In this document: in pieces, positions 49,300-61,681 of the stretch
Numbering within the stretch: position 1 is the stretch's first letter
How the letters are laid out: every line of letters starts with the position of its first letter
Assembly (NCBI GenBank): GCA_001179505.1
Contig: CDMY01000356.1
Coordinates: forward strand, 186,001 to 250,000
Reading direction: 5' to 3'
From: Vitrella brassicaformis CCMP3155
Taxonomy: Eukaryota > Protista > Chromerida
DNA length: 64,000 nucleotides
Position numbers and translations under genes: made by a program
The notes under the pieces: model-generated
The model's input: only the letters and a program-made list of their open reading frames with translations
What the model was told of the DNA's origin: nothing
The model's database searches: none

Positions 49300-52200
49300 T
49301 CACCGCTCGACCCTCTCACACACACGTAAGAGCATCTCGGCACTCATCCTCATCTGCAACTTGGACAGCTGTGTGTGCGAGAGCCTCGGTAGGTAGACAG
49401 AGCACATCTGCAGCCACTCGTCCCGGTCGCGGTGATCCTGCTCCTCCTGATCTGCACATACAGACAGAGACCGACGGACGGACAAGGAGAGACACACAGA
49501 CAGACAGACAGAGAAGATGTGTGCGCCAATGAGGCTCTTGCGTGTCGACAGCGACCCACCTTACTTACCTTTGGGAGAAATGACAGGTGGCCCGCCTCCC
49601 TGTTTGGCCTACCCACATACATGCGATCGATGCGCACCGTGCAATGCACACCCATCAAGACAGACATGTGGTTGTCTGTCTGTCTGTGTCGGCACCCACC
49701 GCGATTTCCGTGACTTCTTGCAGTTTCCTTTGTGCCTCGATCTCGAACTTCTTCCTTTCGTCGGGGTATTGTGCCAGCAGCCGATTGAATGCCGTCCGGG
49801 AGATAACGCGCATGTCGCAACACGTCAGCGTGCGGATGGCTGCACACATGCCATCGATCGTGCTATGCCTGATGTGTATGTGTGTGTGCGGGTGTGCGTG
49901 TGCGAGTGTGTGTGTGTGTGTTGGATGGCCCTACTGGCTGTTCGCTTGTTGACGATGCCGAGCAAAGCGATCTCACCTGCATCCACCAGGCCACACACAC
50001 GCGCACACATCACGTCTCGTGTGGCTGGGAGGCAGAGAGACGCAACACGCCCACAGACCCCCCCATTCATAGGGTCTCACTCACCGAACACGCTCCCGTC
50101 TTCGAGCCGCGCCACCCGCTGCGACTTGACAGTGACCTCCACGAGCCCCTTGTTGAGGATGAACATGGACCTGCCATATGTGCCCTCCTTTATGATCACT
50201 TCGCCAGGGGAGTAGAACCGCGGCTGCAGAAACGATATGAACGACGCTGTGAAGTACGGATTGCATCCTGCAGACAGACACAGCGGAGGCAGATAGGCTG
50301 AGATAGATGTGGTGGCTGGCTGGTTTCGAGTGCGCTCGTCTGTCTGTATGTGTGTGCCTTGCCTTGTAGGAATGGGATGTTGCTAAGTATGTCCCTGTTG
50401 ATGTAGTTGGTCACTTCGGTGAGGAGCGGTGTGGACAGCTCACTGAGAATGGTCTTCTCCTCGGCATGCTCCGCCATCCCGAGGTGGTGTCTCTTCATGA
50501 ACAGAAAGTACTCCCTGATCTTCTGCTTCAGTGCTGGCGGCAGCTTGTTCTCCTTGATAAACCTGCACACACGCACACCATACATAGGATGTGCAGTGCA
50601 CCCACACGCACACTCCAATAACATTCACACGCGCGCAACACACACACACATGTTGATTCGGTCCATCCTCAGCCGAAATCGGTTCTTCTTCTCGTCGATC
50701 TGCGAGTAGATTTCAATGATGTTGGTGATGCCGTACGCAAAGAGGGACGCACCCATCAACATGGCGAATATGCAGAAGATCCTCTCGTCACGGCTGCGGC
50801 CATCCATTCATCCACCCACAGATTAGTGCAGGGTGCTGACACAACCTCCCTCCCTCCCTCCATCCATCCCTGTCACCTCTTTCCGGTGATGTCTCCGTAT
50901 CCAATGGTGGTGACGGTGCTCATGGCGAAGTAGAACGACGCTGCATACTTGGCGTCCACACTCGCATCCTCATACTCCTTCACCACCACCTGCACACACG
51001 CACACACACACACCATCCATCCATCCATCCATAGTATCAATCAAGGCACACGCACCCACCCATGAGTCGTCGAAGAAGCTGCCGCTCTGGTCGAAGGAGC
51101 TCCGTGCGAGGACATAGAAGACGCAGCTGGTCCAGTGGCACCACATGGCCGTGAAGAAGAAGAACTTCAGGATCGTCATGACTGAGAACCGCAGTAGCAA
51201 AGACTCCTCCAGCCGGGTGAAGATCCGCAGCAGCTTCAAAAGGCGGACCAGACGGAACAGCTTGAAGATCTTGATGATACGCAGCAACCTGAGAGAGGGA
51301 GAGAGAGAGAGACCAGAACACACCAAGACATCAAGAGGACATTTGTGTGTGTGTTTGTTGCTGTTTGCCAGCGCAGCGTGCCTGGGCAGCTGAAGGACCG
51401 AGAGAGAAGAAGCGCCGGAAGAGAGAAAGAAGATGAACTCCAACGGGATGGACGACACCAGGTCGAGCAGGAACCACGTCTTGAGGTAGTGAATGGCATT
51501 GCGCCGTCTGCGTCGTGCAATGCAGCCGGTCACAACACAAATGCCACGGCGTGCCCTGACATGACAGAGACACGGCATCTTTGCCCATTCCAACCCACCC
51601 GTCAATGATCAGGACTGCATTCTCCTCATGCGCGGTGAAGAAATTGAACACAACTAAAAGCACAGCGAAAACAACAAGAGACACAACACAACCGTTGGCC
51701 CTTCCTTCTCCTCTGTGTGTGTCAGTCCATCCATCCATGCCGGCGCACACACACATACTCACTGTCTGTGATGAAGAGGACATCCACGAAGCGATCGATG
51801 GTGAACCAAAACACTGTCTCGTGTGGAACATCGAAGCAAATCTTGAGCGGCGCAACAATGGCCACATAGAGGATGGACAGCAGCATGAGCAAGTCAAAGT
51901 TGATGCGGGCGGGGTCGAACGGGTTCAGGGCGCACCCCGACTGGCCCTCTTCAATGTAGAGAGGACGCTCCTCCTCGTCAAGTCGATTGATCATTCCCTG
52001 CAGACATTCATCCACATGCAAAGATGCATAGATGGCATGCATGTTCGAAAATGCATACGTACGTACCATCTTTGGCTTGTCCTCGCCCCCCCCACCAGCC
52101 GCCCCCCCCACGGCAGTGACGGCACTGACCCTCTTGCCCTCCTCCTTATCGGCACCAGCAGCAGCACCAGCACCAGCTCCCCCCGCCTGAGCCAGAGACA

Positions 52201-52690
52201 TGAGAGACGACCGCCGCCTGTTGTTGCTGTCCCTTCTCGGCCCAGACACTGGCGTCGCATCCTCATCTATGCCCGCCCCCGTCCCACTTGCAAGTGGCGA
52301 CTCACTCACCCTCCTCGCCCTCTGCTCTGCGGGAGGACGGTGGGAAGTAGGACTGTGACTCACCCTTCGCTCCCCCATTTGCCTCGGACCCCGTGGAGCA
52401 GCAGCTGGGGGTGGCTGATCAGATTCTGCCGTCTCTGGCGGCGCCGGCGGCTCTTGGAGAGGGGGGAATGGGCCGGGGATGGGAGGCGGCGGTAGGGAGG
52501 CAGGCAGATTGGGGGAGCCGGCGGATGAGACAAACTCGAAGCCTGCTCCTGCATCGGCTGCAGCAGGATGCTTGCCCTGTGGATTTGATGGCTGAGGGCT
52601 CTCCTCATTCTCCTCCGCTTGCGGCGGATCTGCCGCTGCGCTTGTTCTCCTTTCGTCCGCGGCTGCAGGGGGGCCCGGCCCACCGCTCAT
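49300..52690 (-). CDS. Six-TM voltage-gated K+ channel with C-linker and cyclic-nucleotide-binding domain (HCN/KCNH/CNG superfamily)
   Basis: S1-S3 helices, S4 LLRIIKIFKLFRLVRLLKLLRIFTR, pore STVTTIGYGDIT, and S6 IFCIFAMLMGASLFAYGI. The C-linker is LKQKIREYF and the CNBD is PGEVIIKEG...FGEIALLGIVNKRTA. Confidence 0.93.
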
Positions 52691-52843
52691 TTTCCAAATC
52701 GTGCACGCGGCGTATTTGATTGGACCTAGGGGGTGGTTTCTTGTTGAGACTCGCGGGTGAGAAAAGAGGAGCGACCAAAAAAAGCTAAGCTCGCAAGAAA
52801 AGCTCGCATCGGGGAGCTGACAGAAAGAGGAGAAATCGCACCA
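52691..52843. promoter_or_regulatory. Very compact divergent intergenic region (153 bp) between the K+ channel and RBM39 start codons
   Basis: ATGs at 52690 (-) and 52844 (+). Position only. Confidence 0.45.
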
Positions 52844-55516
52844 ATGTCTGCGGAAAGGGACGCCATTGAAGCACTGATTGAGGTGAGGAATCAAAAATGT
52901 GCAGCTTCTATCCGCTTTGTGTCACTTGTCGCTCGTGTGTCCACCACACCCATGCTACAGGCCGGTATCGGCGGCGGGAAGAGCGGGTCCAAGTCGCGGT
53001 CCAAGCAGCGCGAGGAGCGGCTGGAGAACGGCTACGGCAGCCACGATCGCAACGAGCGTCAAAGCCGCAGCAAGGGGCGCGACAGGGACTATGACGACTA
53101 TGACGACGACGATGACCGCGACAACAGACGCGACCGGCGGGACAGGGGCAGAAGACACAGAAGCAGGAGCCGCAGGTGCATGAGGGCAAGCGCGTGGCGG
53201 GGAGGACAGCAAAGAACCGGCAATCCGATGTGGTTGGGGTGTGTGTGTGTGTGTGTGGTGCAGTGTTGAGCGTCGCCGTGCGCGTGAGGAGAAGGAGCGT
53301 TTGCGTGAGGAGGAGGAAAGACGACAACGGGCGGAGCTGCTCAGGGCCGAGGAGGAGGAAAAGAGACGTACGTGAGCTGGCTAACATGTGTCCTGGCTGT
53401 AGTGTGGTGCACCACAGCCATCCAAAACACATTTCACATACACACAAGGTGGCAGGCTGTGTGTGATCTGATCTCGATGATGACTGACGTGTGTGTGCAG
53501 GCCGTGAGATTGAGGAGGCGCGGCGTGACGATTTGACGGTGCTGGTGCTGAACCTGTCACTTAAAGCCGACGAGAGAGACGTCTATGAGTTCATGTCAGA
53601 GGTGCGTACGTCCTATCTATCCGCCACACACCACCCGGACACTTCGAGGGCGTGATCCGATCGATCCGGTGCTGTCTGCGTGTTGGTTGGTGTGTTTGCG
53701 TGCAGCATGCAGGTAAGGTGAAGGACATCCAGGTCATCCGCGACCAACGATCGGGCAAATCCAAAGGGTAAGTAGGGGAGGGAGGCACTGACTGCACTGT
53801 GCACACAGCTTGGTGTGTCGACGACTCTGTGTGGCTGGCTGTTGTGTCTGTCGCCTTGTTTCAGTGTTGCGTATGTGGAGTTGTACACACAGGAGGCCCT
53901 CATCAAGGCGCTCTCACTCAGCGGGTCCCCCATCAAAGGTACACACACACACACAAACACTCACACACAAGACGCAGAGGCCAAGAGGAGGACAAAAGCG
54001 AAATCGCGTGTGTCATTCATGTGTGTGCAGGGGTTCCTATCAAGGTGCAGGCGTCGCAGGCTGAGAAGAACAGAGCTGCCAGAGCGGCCAAGTGAGCACA
54101 CGAACGAGGGCCTGCCTATTGTATCTGTCTGTGCTGACGGATGGGTATGTATGTATGTATTTGTGTCGCCCCCTGCCTGCAGGGAGATGGCGGCTCAGGT
54201 TGCGTCCAGCGAGGGTCCGCTCAAGCTCTACGTCGGCAACCTCACCGACAAACTCGCAAACATCACCGACTCAGAACTCAGAGACGTAACCACACCACAT
54301 GACCTGTCTCACTCACTCACTCATTCACTCTCTCTGTGTGTTCGTCTGCCTGCCTCTTGTGTGCAGTTGTTCAGTCCGTTTGGCGCGATTGACAACGTGG
54401 ACATCCACAAGGACCCCTACACGGGTTTGTGTCGCGGGTACGCCTTCATAGCCTTCCGCAACGCCGCTGACGCCAAGGAGGCCATGACGGCCATGAACGG
54501 CTTCGACATATCGGGCAAACAACTCAAGGTGGGATGGAGGGAGGGGGGGAGATGTGCGTGTGTGTCTGGTGTTCGTATGGGTGATGGATGTTGCTGTGCT
54601 GTGCTGTGCTGTGTGTGCGCGCTCTGTCAGGTTGGTTTAGCGACTGAGTCGAAGAACCAGCTCCAGCAGCAAGGCCTGTATGGCCCATCGGTGAGTGGAC
54701 AGACACAACACATCAGAGCTTCATCTCCGTCCATCTGTTGATCACGCTGTGTGTTCCCTCCCTCCGGCCATCGATGCAATGCAGCTCTTGATGCAGCAGC
54801 AGGCGGCTGCGGACGCCCTGGACAACGAGCGGCTGGAGGATGCGGGTGGGGGGCTGATGTCGGGCAACACGGCCAAGATCGAGTTGATGAAGAAACTCGC
54901 ACGGGATGCCCAACTGGCGTCCACCTCCACCACCCCTACGGTGCCCCAGGCACCCATGGTGGCCGGCATGGCCTACCCAAATGGTAAGTAACGCTGCACC
55001 CACCGCCTCCTCCAATCCACGTGTGTGTGTGTGTGTTGTGCCAATGCGTGGCTGGCTGCCTTTCCTCTCTCATCTCAGCCTATTCCGGTGTCCCCCCTGC
55101 CGCTGCTGCGCCCATCGCCCCGTCGGGTGAGATGTCGAGCAACATAGTGCTGAACAACATGCTCTCGGCGTCGGAGGTCAACCTGGAGTCAGACCCGACC
55201 TTCTTCGAGGACGTCATGGAAGACGTCAAGCAGGAGTGCAGCAGCCACGGCACCGTCGCGCGCGTGTGGCTCAGCCGTATCAACATCGATGGCAAAGTGT
55301 GGGTCAAGATGCAGGACGTCCAGCAGGCCGTCAAGGTCGCACAGGCCCTCAACGGCAGATACTTTGCCGGTACGTCAGCGAGGGGGGGGGACGCGATGCG
55401 CTGTTGTTGTTGATGTGGCATATTGGTGTGGTGTGGTGTGGTGTGGTGCAGGTAAGCAGATCGTGGTTGAATTCGTCGCCGATTCGGTGTGGAACGCCAT
55501 CGTCGGACCAGCGTGA
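52844..55516 (+). CDS. RBM39: RNA-binding protein 39 (CAPER) splicing factor: RS domain, RRM1, RRM2, UHM
   Basis: RS/RD-rich N-terminus. RRM1 is RDDLTVLVLNL...DIQVIRDQRSGKSKGVAYVEL, followed by QASQAEKNRAA. RRM2 is LYVGNL...TGLCRGYAFIAF. The C-terminal UHM is IVLNNM...FEDVMEDVKQECSSHG...ALNGRYFAGKQI. Confidence 0.93.
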
Positions 55517-56755
55517 TTGATGAGACATCAGGACCCTCTCGACCGACACACTGACTGTCTTCATGGCTCATGGCTGGCTGGATGGATGGTGACCTTCACA
55601 GGACCCACCAGATGTGGAGGGCGGGAGAGGAGAGAGGGAGTTTTCAAGGGAGCGGCGCGCTGGACCCGAGCCATCCATCCATCCATCCGTCCATCCGTCC
55701 AGCGATCGATTGCATACGTACCTACATGAGTGTGGTTGGCGTGACTGACCGATCGTGGCTGCATTCATCGTGTGTGGGGCTGGCTGACGACTGGATGGAT
55801 GGATGGGTGGATGGATGGTCCAGTCCGTCATTTTGCTGTATGTCTGTGCAGGCTATCGGTCGGCCGGTCGGTGCCTACCTGGCCTACCTGGCCTGGCCTG
55901 GTCTATGCGCTATCTATCTCTCTCTGTCCGTCTGTCTACTACACTTGCACAGTACGTACGTATGTTAACTTTGTATTTCTTACAGGAGGCCGGTCCTGGC
56001 CGGATGGATGGGGGCGGCGGACTCGCGCTCACACACACTAATATAGGTGAACGACTCTGAACACACCCTCCGCAGATCGATTTCCTGCAGGCCGCGAGCC
56101 ACAACGAGAGAGCAATAACGAACGCCCCAGTGAACCGAACCACTGGCGGACACATCAGTTGGCAGGGGGGAGGGGGAGGGAGATGGGACAACGATGAGAG
56201 TATCACCCATTAATAACAGCGTCCGTCTGTTGGCATTGCTTCTGCCCCTCCCAGGCCCTATCGACATCGCTAGCCGATTGATACCTATCACGGATGGCAG
56301 CGAAGACAAAAGAGAGCGTGTCTCCTTTGGCACACTTGAATGGATGGATGGAATGAATGCACACACCCCAATATTTATATGCTCCATCCGCAGCACTCGT
56401 GAGTGGATCGGATCTTGTACGTACCTCAGGGCCGTCGACATCCCATGATACGAGGGGGAGTTCGGCTTCTCGTGATATGCGCATTTTATCGGTGGCAAGA
56501 CATACATGGATGGATGGATGGATGGATGGCAAGGCAGGCAGACTCATGCAGTACGGACCTTTCCGTAAAGCTCAAGTGTTACTTGAAGGACATATGTACA
56601 CACACACGCGGGGATGTTCGTTCTGTACGTGTCTCTCTCTACATCCATTCCATTCATCCATTCATCCCGTATCTCTACAAGGGAGGGCACACACGTTGTC
56701 TTGACCAAACCATCTCACCGATCTCCCATCCCGCCATCGTGGGCGGGAATCAGCT

Positions 56756-59700
56756 TCACTTCCTCTTCTCGACGGTCATCTCGACCTGAACCAACCAATG
56801 GGCCACATTCTCATGAGAGAGCGAGAGAGAAGCGAAATCACATGAGTCAGGCGCACACATACGTACATTGTTGACGCGAGCAGCGAACTGCAACGAACAC
56901 AGCGACTCCTCAAACGCCTGAAACACACACGGAGGAAGGGCACTCTCCTGCCTGCCTGCCAGCCTCCCATAACACGCCCGCACGGCACGCCGCACATCGT
57001 CAGATGGGTTGATCTGAAGCAGCATGAGTGTCTTAGAGTCGCCTCCCAGCGCATCCTACGAAAGAGCCCATGGATGGATGGGATGCCGAGCAAGCAATAC
57101 ACCATCCAGTCAGTCCAGCCACCCATTCAGTCATCCAGCCATTTCCTGACTGACAGACCTGCAGCAGGTAGGTGAGGGTGGAGTTGCGATATGGAACGTG
57201 GGGGGTCTTGGCCGCCCGAGCGGCGATGACGTCGCCAAGGCTCGTCAGGCTGCGGTTGATGAACATGGCCTCCTTGGCGCGCTCGTCCGTCGCACCGCTC
57301 TTCTTCAGACGCTCAGAGCCCGCCAAATCTACTAAGTGCAACCTGCAGCCAGCCACAGGTGTGCCTGCCAGTGGTGCTCGTCGTGGCCTGCCTGGCTGTG
57401 GTACCTACCTACCTACCTTGATTGGTATTGCGTGTGGTTTGGTGTGGTGATGTCGCAGTAGACGCTCAGGATGAGGTGCGACCGGGACGAGTGCTCGTTG
57501 AGGTTGGTGCAGCCCACCGACCTGGTCGAGTGAGTAGTCAGTGAGTCAGTGAGACATACACACAGACGTGAATCGAATCAAGGAAGGATGCGTGAGTGAG
57601 TGTGTCAGTGGGCTGCGGCGCACCTGTTCTGTGTGCCTGTGTTGAGCGCGTTCTGAACTTCCTCTGGCGTGTTGACGGGCCATATTACCAGGTCGGGCAC
57701 ATAGTTGCCCTGCGGACCCTGACAAATACACCCACACACCCACACACACACACACACATACAGGACGTGCAAATCGACGCCTGTCTGCATGGTGTGTGTA
57801 TGTTTTGTGTGGGGTGTCTGTCTGTCTGTCTGTCATGTACTCACGGTGCGTATGGCGAGTTTCCTCGGTGGCCGTGTGTCGTTTGCGTCGATGAGGAGGT
57901 CCTGTATCTCGTCGTTGTATATCTCTATCATCGACGTCTGCAACTTGTACCTACACACACACACACCACACACACACACATCCATCCATCCATCAATAAT
58001 GCTTCTCTCCCTCCCAGCGTTCCTCCCTCCCTCGCAGCTCCCTCCACTCATCCACTCACCTCATTCACTCACCTCCAGTCCCCTCTTCTGTCGTGTATGA
58101 CGTTGAAGAGCTCCCGGAATGTCCTGTGGTATATGCCTGGGTCCTCTGCCGTCCCCTGCATTGAGTGCGTCTTGCCCGACCCCGTCTGGCCGTATGCGAA
58201 TATGCACACGTTGTAGCCGTCCAGACACGACACTACCAACGCCTGAACCTGATTATTGATGAATAATATACTGACTGACTGGCGTATACATATGTGTCCG
58301 AGTGAGTGGTGCCTCCCCTCCCCCCGCCCGCTTCGCTTTATTACCTCGTCGAACAGCTCCTGCTGTGTGGCTTCGTGGGCGAATATCTTGTCGAAGCGCC
58401 AGGTCTTCTTCTGGCCCGTCACATCGTTCTGTTGGCACACATGGATGGACCAACAACGTAACGTGGCAGCCAGGCAGGAAGCCAGCGCCGGCCGGCCGTC
58501 CGTCTGGAGACACATTGGTACCTACCGTGATTCGGATCTCATCGTCGCCCGGGAAGGTGATGCAAGAGTTGGCCTCGTTGCGCAGCAGAGGACGGACCTG
58601 ATGGAGACAGACATGGATGGATGGATGGATTGGTGTGTGGAAGGATTCGACATAAGAGATCGATCCCTCTGTCTGGCAGGTCCTGCTGACCGACCCTGCA
58701 GTAGACTCGTATGTTGCCTCTGAGCTCCTGCACGAGGTTGTGGAGTTTGCGCCGCAGCTGGGCCTCCTTGGCGAACTTGGCGTACACCGCCCGCCGGTCC
58801 GCCTCGGCAGCAGCCACCAACGATGGCAGACGAGCCAACAGGTAGGGCTCCATCCACTCACGCAGACTCGACACCTCCTGCATGAGGGCACAGCACAGAG
58901 ACACAGGCAAACACAATTGACTGACTGACTGACTCGATGTGTCTGTGTCTGTGTACCTGTCTGACGGCGTCTTTGAGTGAGAGGAGCAGTTGTCTGTGCC
59001 GCTGCAGCAGGGCGCGGAGAGACTGCAGGTGTGCGGCCTTCTCGCCCCGACTCACACTCGACTGCTCCTCCAAACACCTAAACACACAGACGGCGGAGGT
59101 CAGAGCAGGACAGAACAGATCATCGACTTGGTGGCTGTGTAGCCGGCTGGGCTGGCGAGTTACTTGTTTTTCTTCTGCAGCGCCTGGTATGCCTGCGCCA
59201 GCTGCTTCAGTTTCTTGACCAACTCGCCCTCCCTGGCCTTGTACTCGGCCTGCATTCAACACACACAACATACACACATCTCCCCTTCATCCATTCGCCC
59301 ACCGCACCAGCCCTCCCGGCACTGCAGGCCTACTCTGCAGTCCTGCAGTTCCTTGTGCGCCTTGTCGAGGCTCTTTCTCAGCTGCATGGCTTGCGTGTCG
59401 TCATCGCCGCTGCCATTCTCGTAGTCGCCAGGGAGGCCGTTGGTGGCGTCGGACTGGGCCGAGGGCGACGCGCTCGGTGAGAAGGATGACGGCGCCAGGG
59501 TGGAGGCCGACGCCGAGCTGCTGAGTTTGGACCTGAGCTTGTCGAGTTCGCTGGCCTGCTTCTTGATGTGCCGCTTGAAGGTGTCCACTTTGTCCTGCGC
59601 CTCCTGCAGCTTCTGCGTCAGCTCGGGCACCTAAACACATCCCCCCCACACACACATCCATGATCCAGCCATGCATCTGATCTGCGTCCCTTTTATCCCT

Positions 59701-60512
59701 CTGCCGTGTCATCCCACCCCACCATACCTCTATTTCGCGTATTTCCGTCCTGATCTTGTCGACCAGCGCCTGGTAGTCCGAGTGTGGGCTGTGCTGCGAC
59801 TGAGAGGAAGGCGAGCACGACTGGAGGGACGCCGCATGGGGGAAGGGTGTGGGGGGAGGCGTCAGCGGGCCCAGCGGAGACGACAGCAGTGCTGCCATAC
59901 CATCCGTCTGCCGTGATGGAGGCTCCTCGGGCTCCTCCTCAGGCAGATCCCTCAGCTCGGACGGCATGTCCTGGTCAAAGACGCCCGGCTGTCTTTCCCT
60001 GACCCAGTCCACCTGGCCCTTGTAAAAGGTCGCCAGCCGCTTGGCGTTCCTCAGCTTGACGCGAGTCTTGTGAAGCTCGGTCTTGACGAGCAGCGTCTGC
60101 GATTTGGAGAGTTGCTGGAACTCGTTGAGCTTGCGCATGGCGGTGAGCTCGGCCTGCCGTGCGGTCTCCATGGCCTGTCTGCAGTCGGTGTTTTCGCTCT
60201 GCAGGGCTGCGATGGACGCCTCCAGCCGGTCTCTCTCCCCCTGCCACTCGTCGCTCTCGAACGCAGGGCTCGATGATGCGATCTCTGACAAACCCAGCTC
60301 CTCCAGCATGTCCAACCTGACAACAACACACACAACACAACACAACACAACACAACACAACACATTCCTCGTTTGTGGTGTGTACATACATGTGGCGCAT
60401 GCGCACGAGATTGTGTTGACCTCTTTGCGGTTTGTGCAGCCAGAGAAGGGTCATATGATTTCGGCGTATGGAACACCCGGCCGCCACGCCTCGAGTCAGG
60501 GCGGCTATCCAT
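56756..60512 (-). CDS. Kinesin-14 (C-terminal motor, KIFC3-like)
   Basis: An N-terminal coiled coil is followed by the neck [23 protein letters not shown]. Motor motifs: [72 protein letters not shown]. Confidence 0.94.
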
Positions 60513-60772
60513 CACCCGCGACCACGGCTTCCAAGGTAAGCAAGTACCCTATCTCTGGACAATCATGTCCCTATTTGGAGGGAGGAGCCGCAGCTGGATG
60601 CCCTGCAGGCAGGTGCATTCGGCGTACTGTACCTCAGTCAGGATATCCAATTTGGCGCACAGATCTGATAAGCCAGGCCTTGGACGAGCTCATCACAACC
60701 ACACATCGTCCTCCTTTGGGCAATGTAAATACATTGCTCCGTGAAACGCTTTTGTCCACTAAAAAAGCCCAG

Positions 60773-61681
60773 ATGATGGAGTGCCAGAGCTTTCTCGAGT
60801 ATGGCACCTGCTCGAACGGCTACTGTGAGGAGCTGCACGCAACGCCAAGCCCCGTCGTCCCACACGGCAAGACCATCATCGCAGCAGGTCGACACGGCAC
60901 ACACTCATGAGGCGAGCGGATACATACCGCTCCTTCTCCTTCTGCGGTCATACGTACAGGCCCCGAAAGATCTGCGTCAACGTGGCTGTTTAACGCCATC
61001 CGCCTGCTGTTCGCGCACTCTAACGAACCGCTGGACGCTTATTGGATTGCAGACGTCTCGAAGGAGAAGCTGGCTGCGCGCGGGGCAGGGCACAAGAACC
61101 TGTTGATCAAGACACACGACTGGCCGCTGAGGGAGGATAATGGGGATCTGGTGCATGGTGATGGTGGGAGCAACAGGGAGACGGTCGTTATCGTTACACA
61201 CAGAGATCTGAGGGACGTGGTGGCGTCTTACCTGAGGGTCAGATGGATCTCTTCGGCACCTGATTCGATCTGTGCCCATATGGAGGCCTATGTGCGAGAC
61301 CACCTGAGGTGCGCACTTAGTCGGACTTGTTTCGTTCATCGGTGTCATCCGTGTGTCTGTGTGTTGCTGTGCAGGTGGGCATCAATCGCTTCGCTCAACA
61401 TCGGCTATGAGAGGATCATGTCTGACGAGCTTGGCGCATTAAGGGACGTGGCAGCCTGCTGTGGGCTGCCGACCGACCCGTTCGAAGCACTGGAGGCGGT
61501 GAAGAGATCCGTCAAGGCACTGCAGCCGCCCATGTATGGATCTCCCTGCCCTGTGAGCAAGCTGTGGCCGGAGCATCTGTCTGGAGAGACACAGAACAGG
61601 CGACACTTGCTGTCTGAGAGACTGAGGCAGCGGATTCATGACCAGTTTGTTGACTATCAGCGTGTGTATGGCTATGCGTGA
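60773..61681 (+). CDS. CCCH zinc finger fused to a sulfotransferase (PAPS-binding) domain; three exons
   Basis: Exon 1 is MMECQSFLEYGTCSNGYCEELH (C-x8-C-x4-C-x3-H)...KTIIAAG. Intron 60888-60959 follows, then PERSASTWLFNAIR (5'-PSB loop), LIKTHDW, and VTHRDLRDVVASY (3'-PB). After intron 61309-61374 the frame continues IGYERIM...VYGYA*. Confidence 0.8.

Noticed and set aside
33919-60512. Two kinesin genes within about 27 kb as a tandem duplication
   Set aside because: They belong to different families (N-terminal kinesin-1 and C-terminal kinesin-14) with different intron positions.
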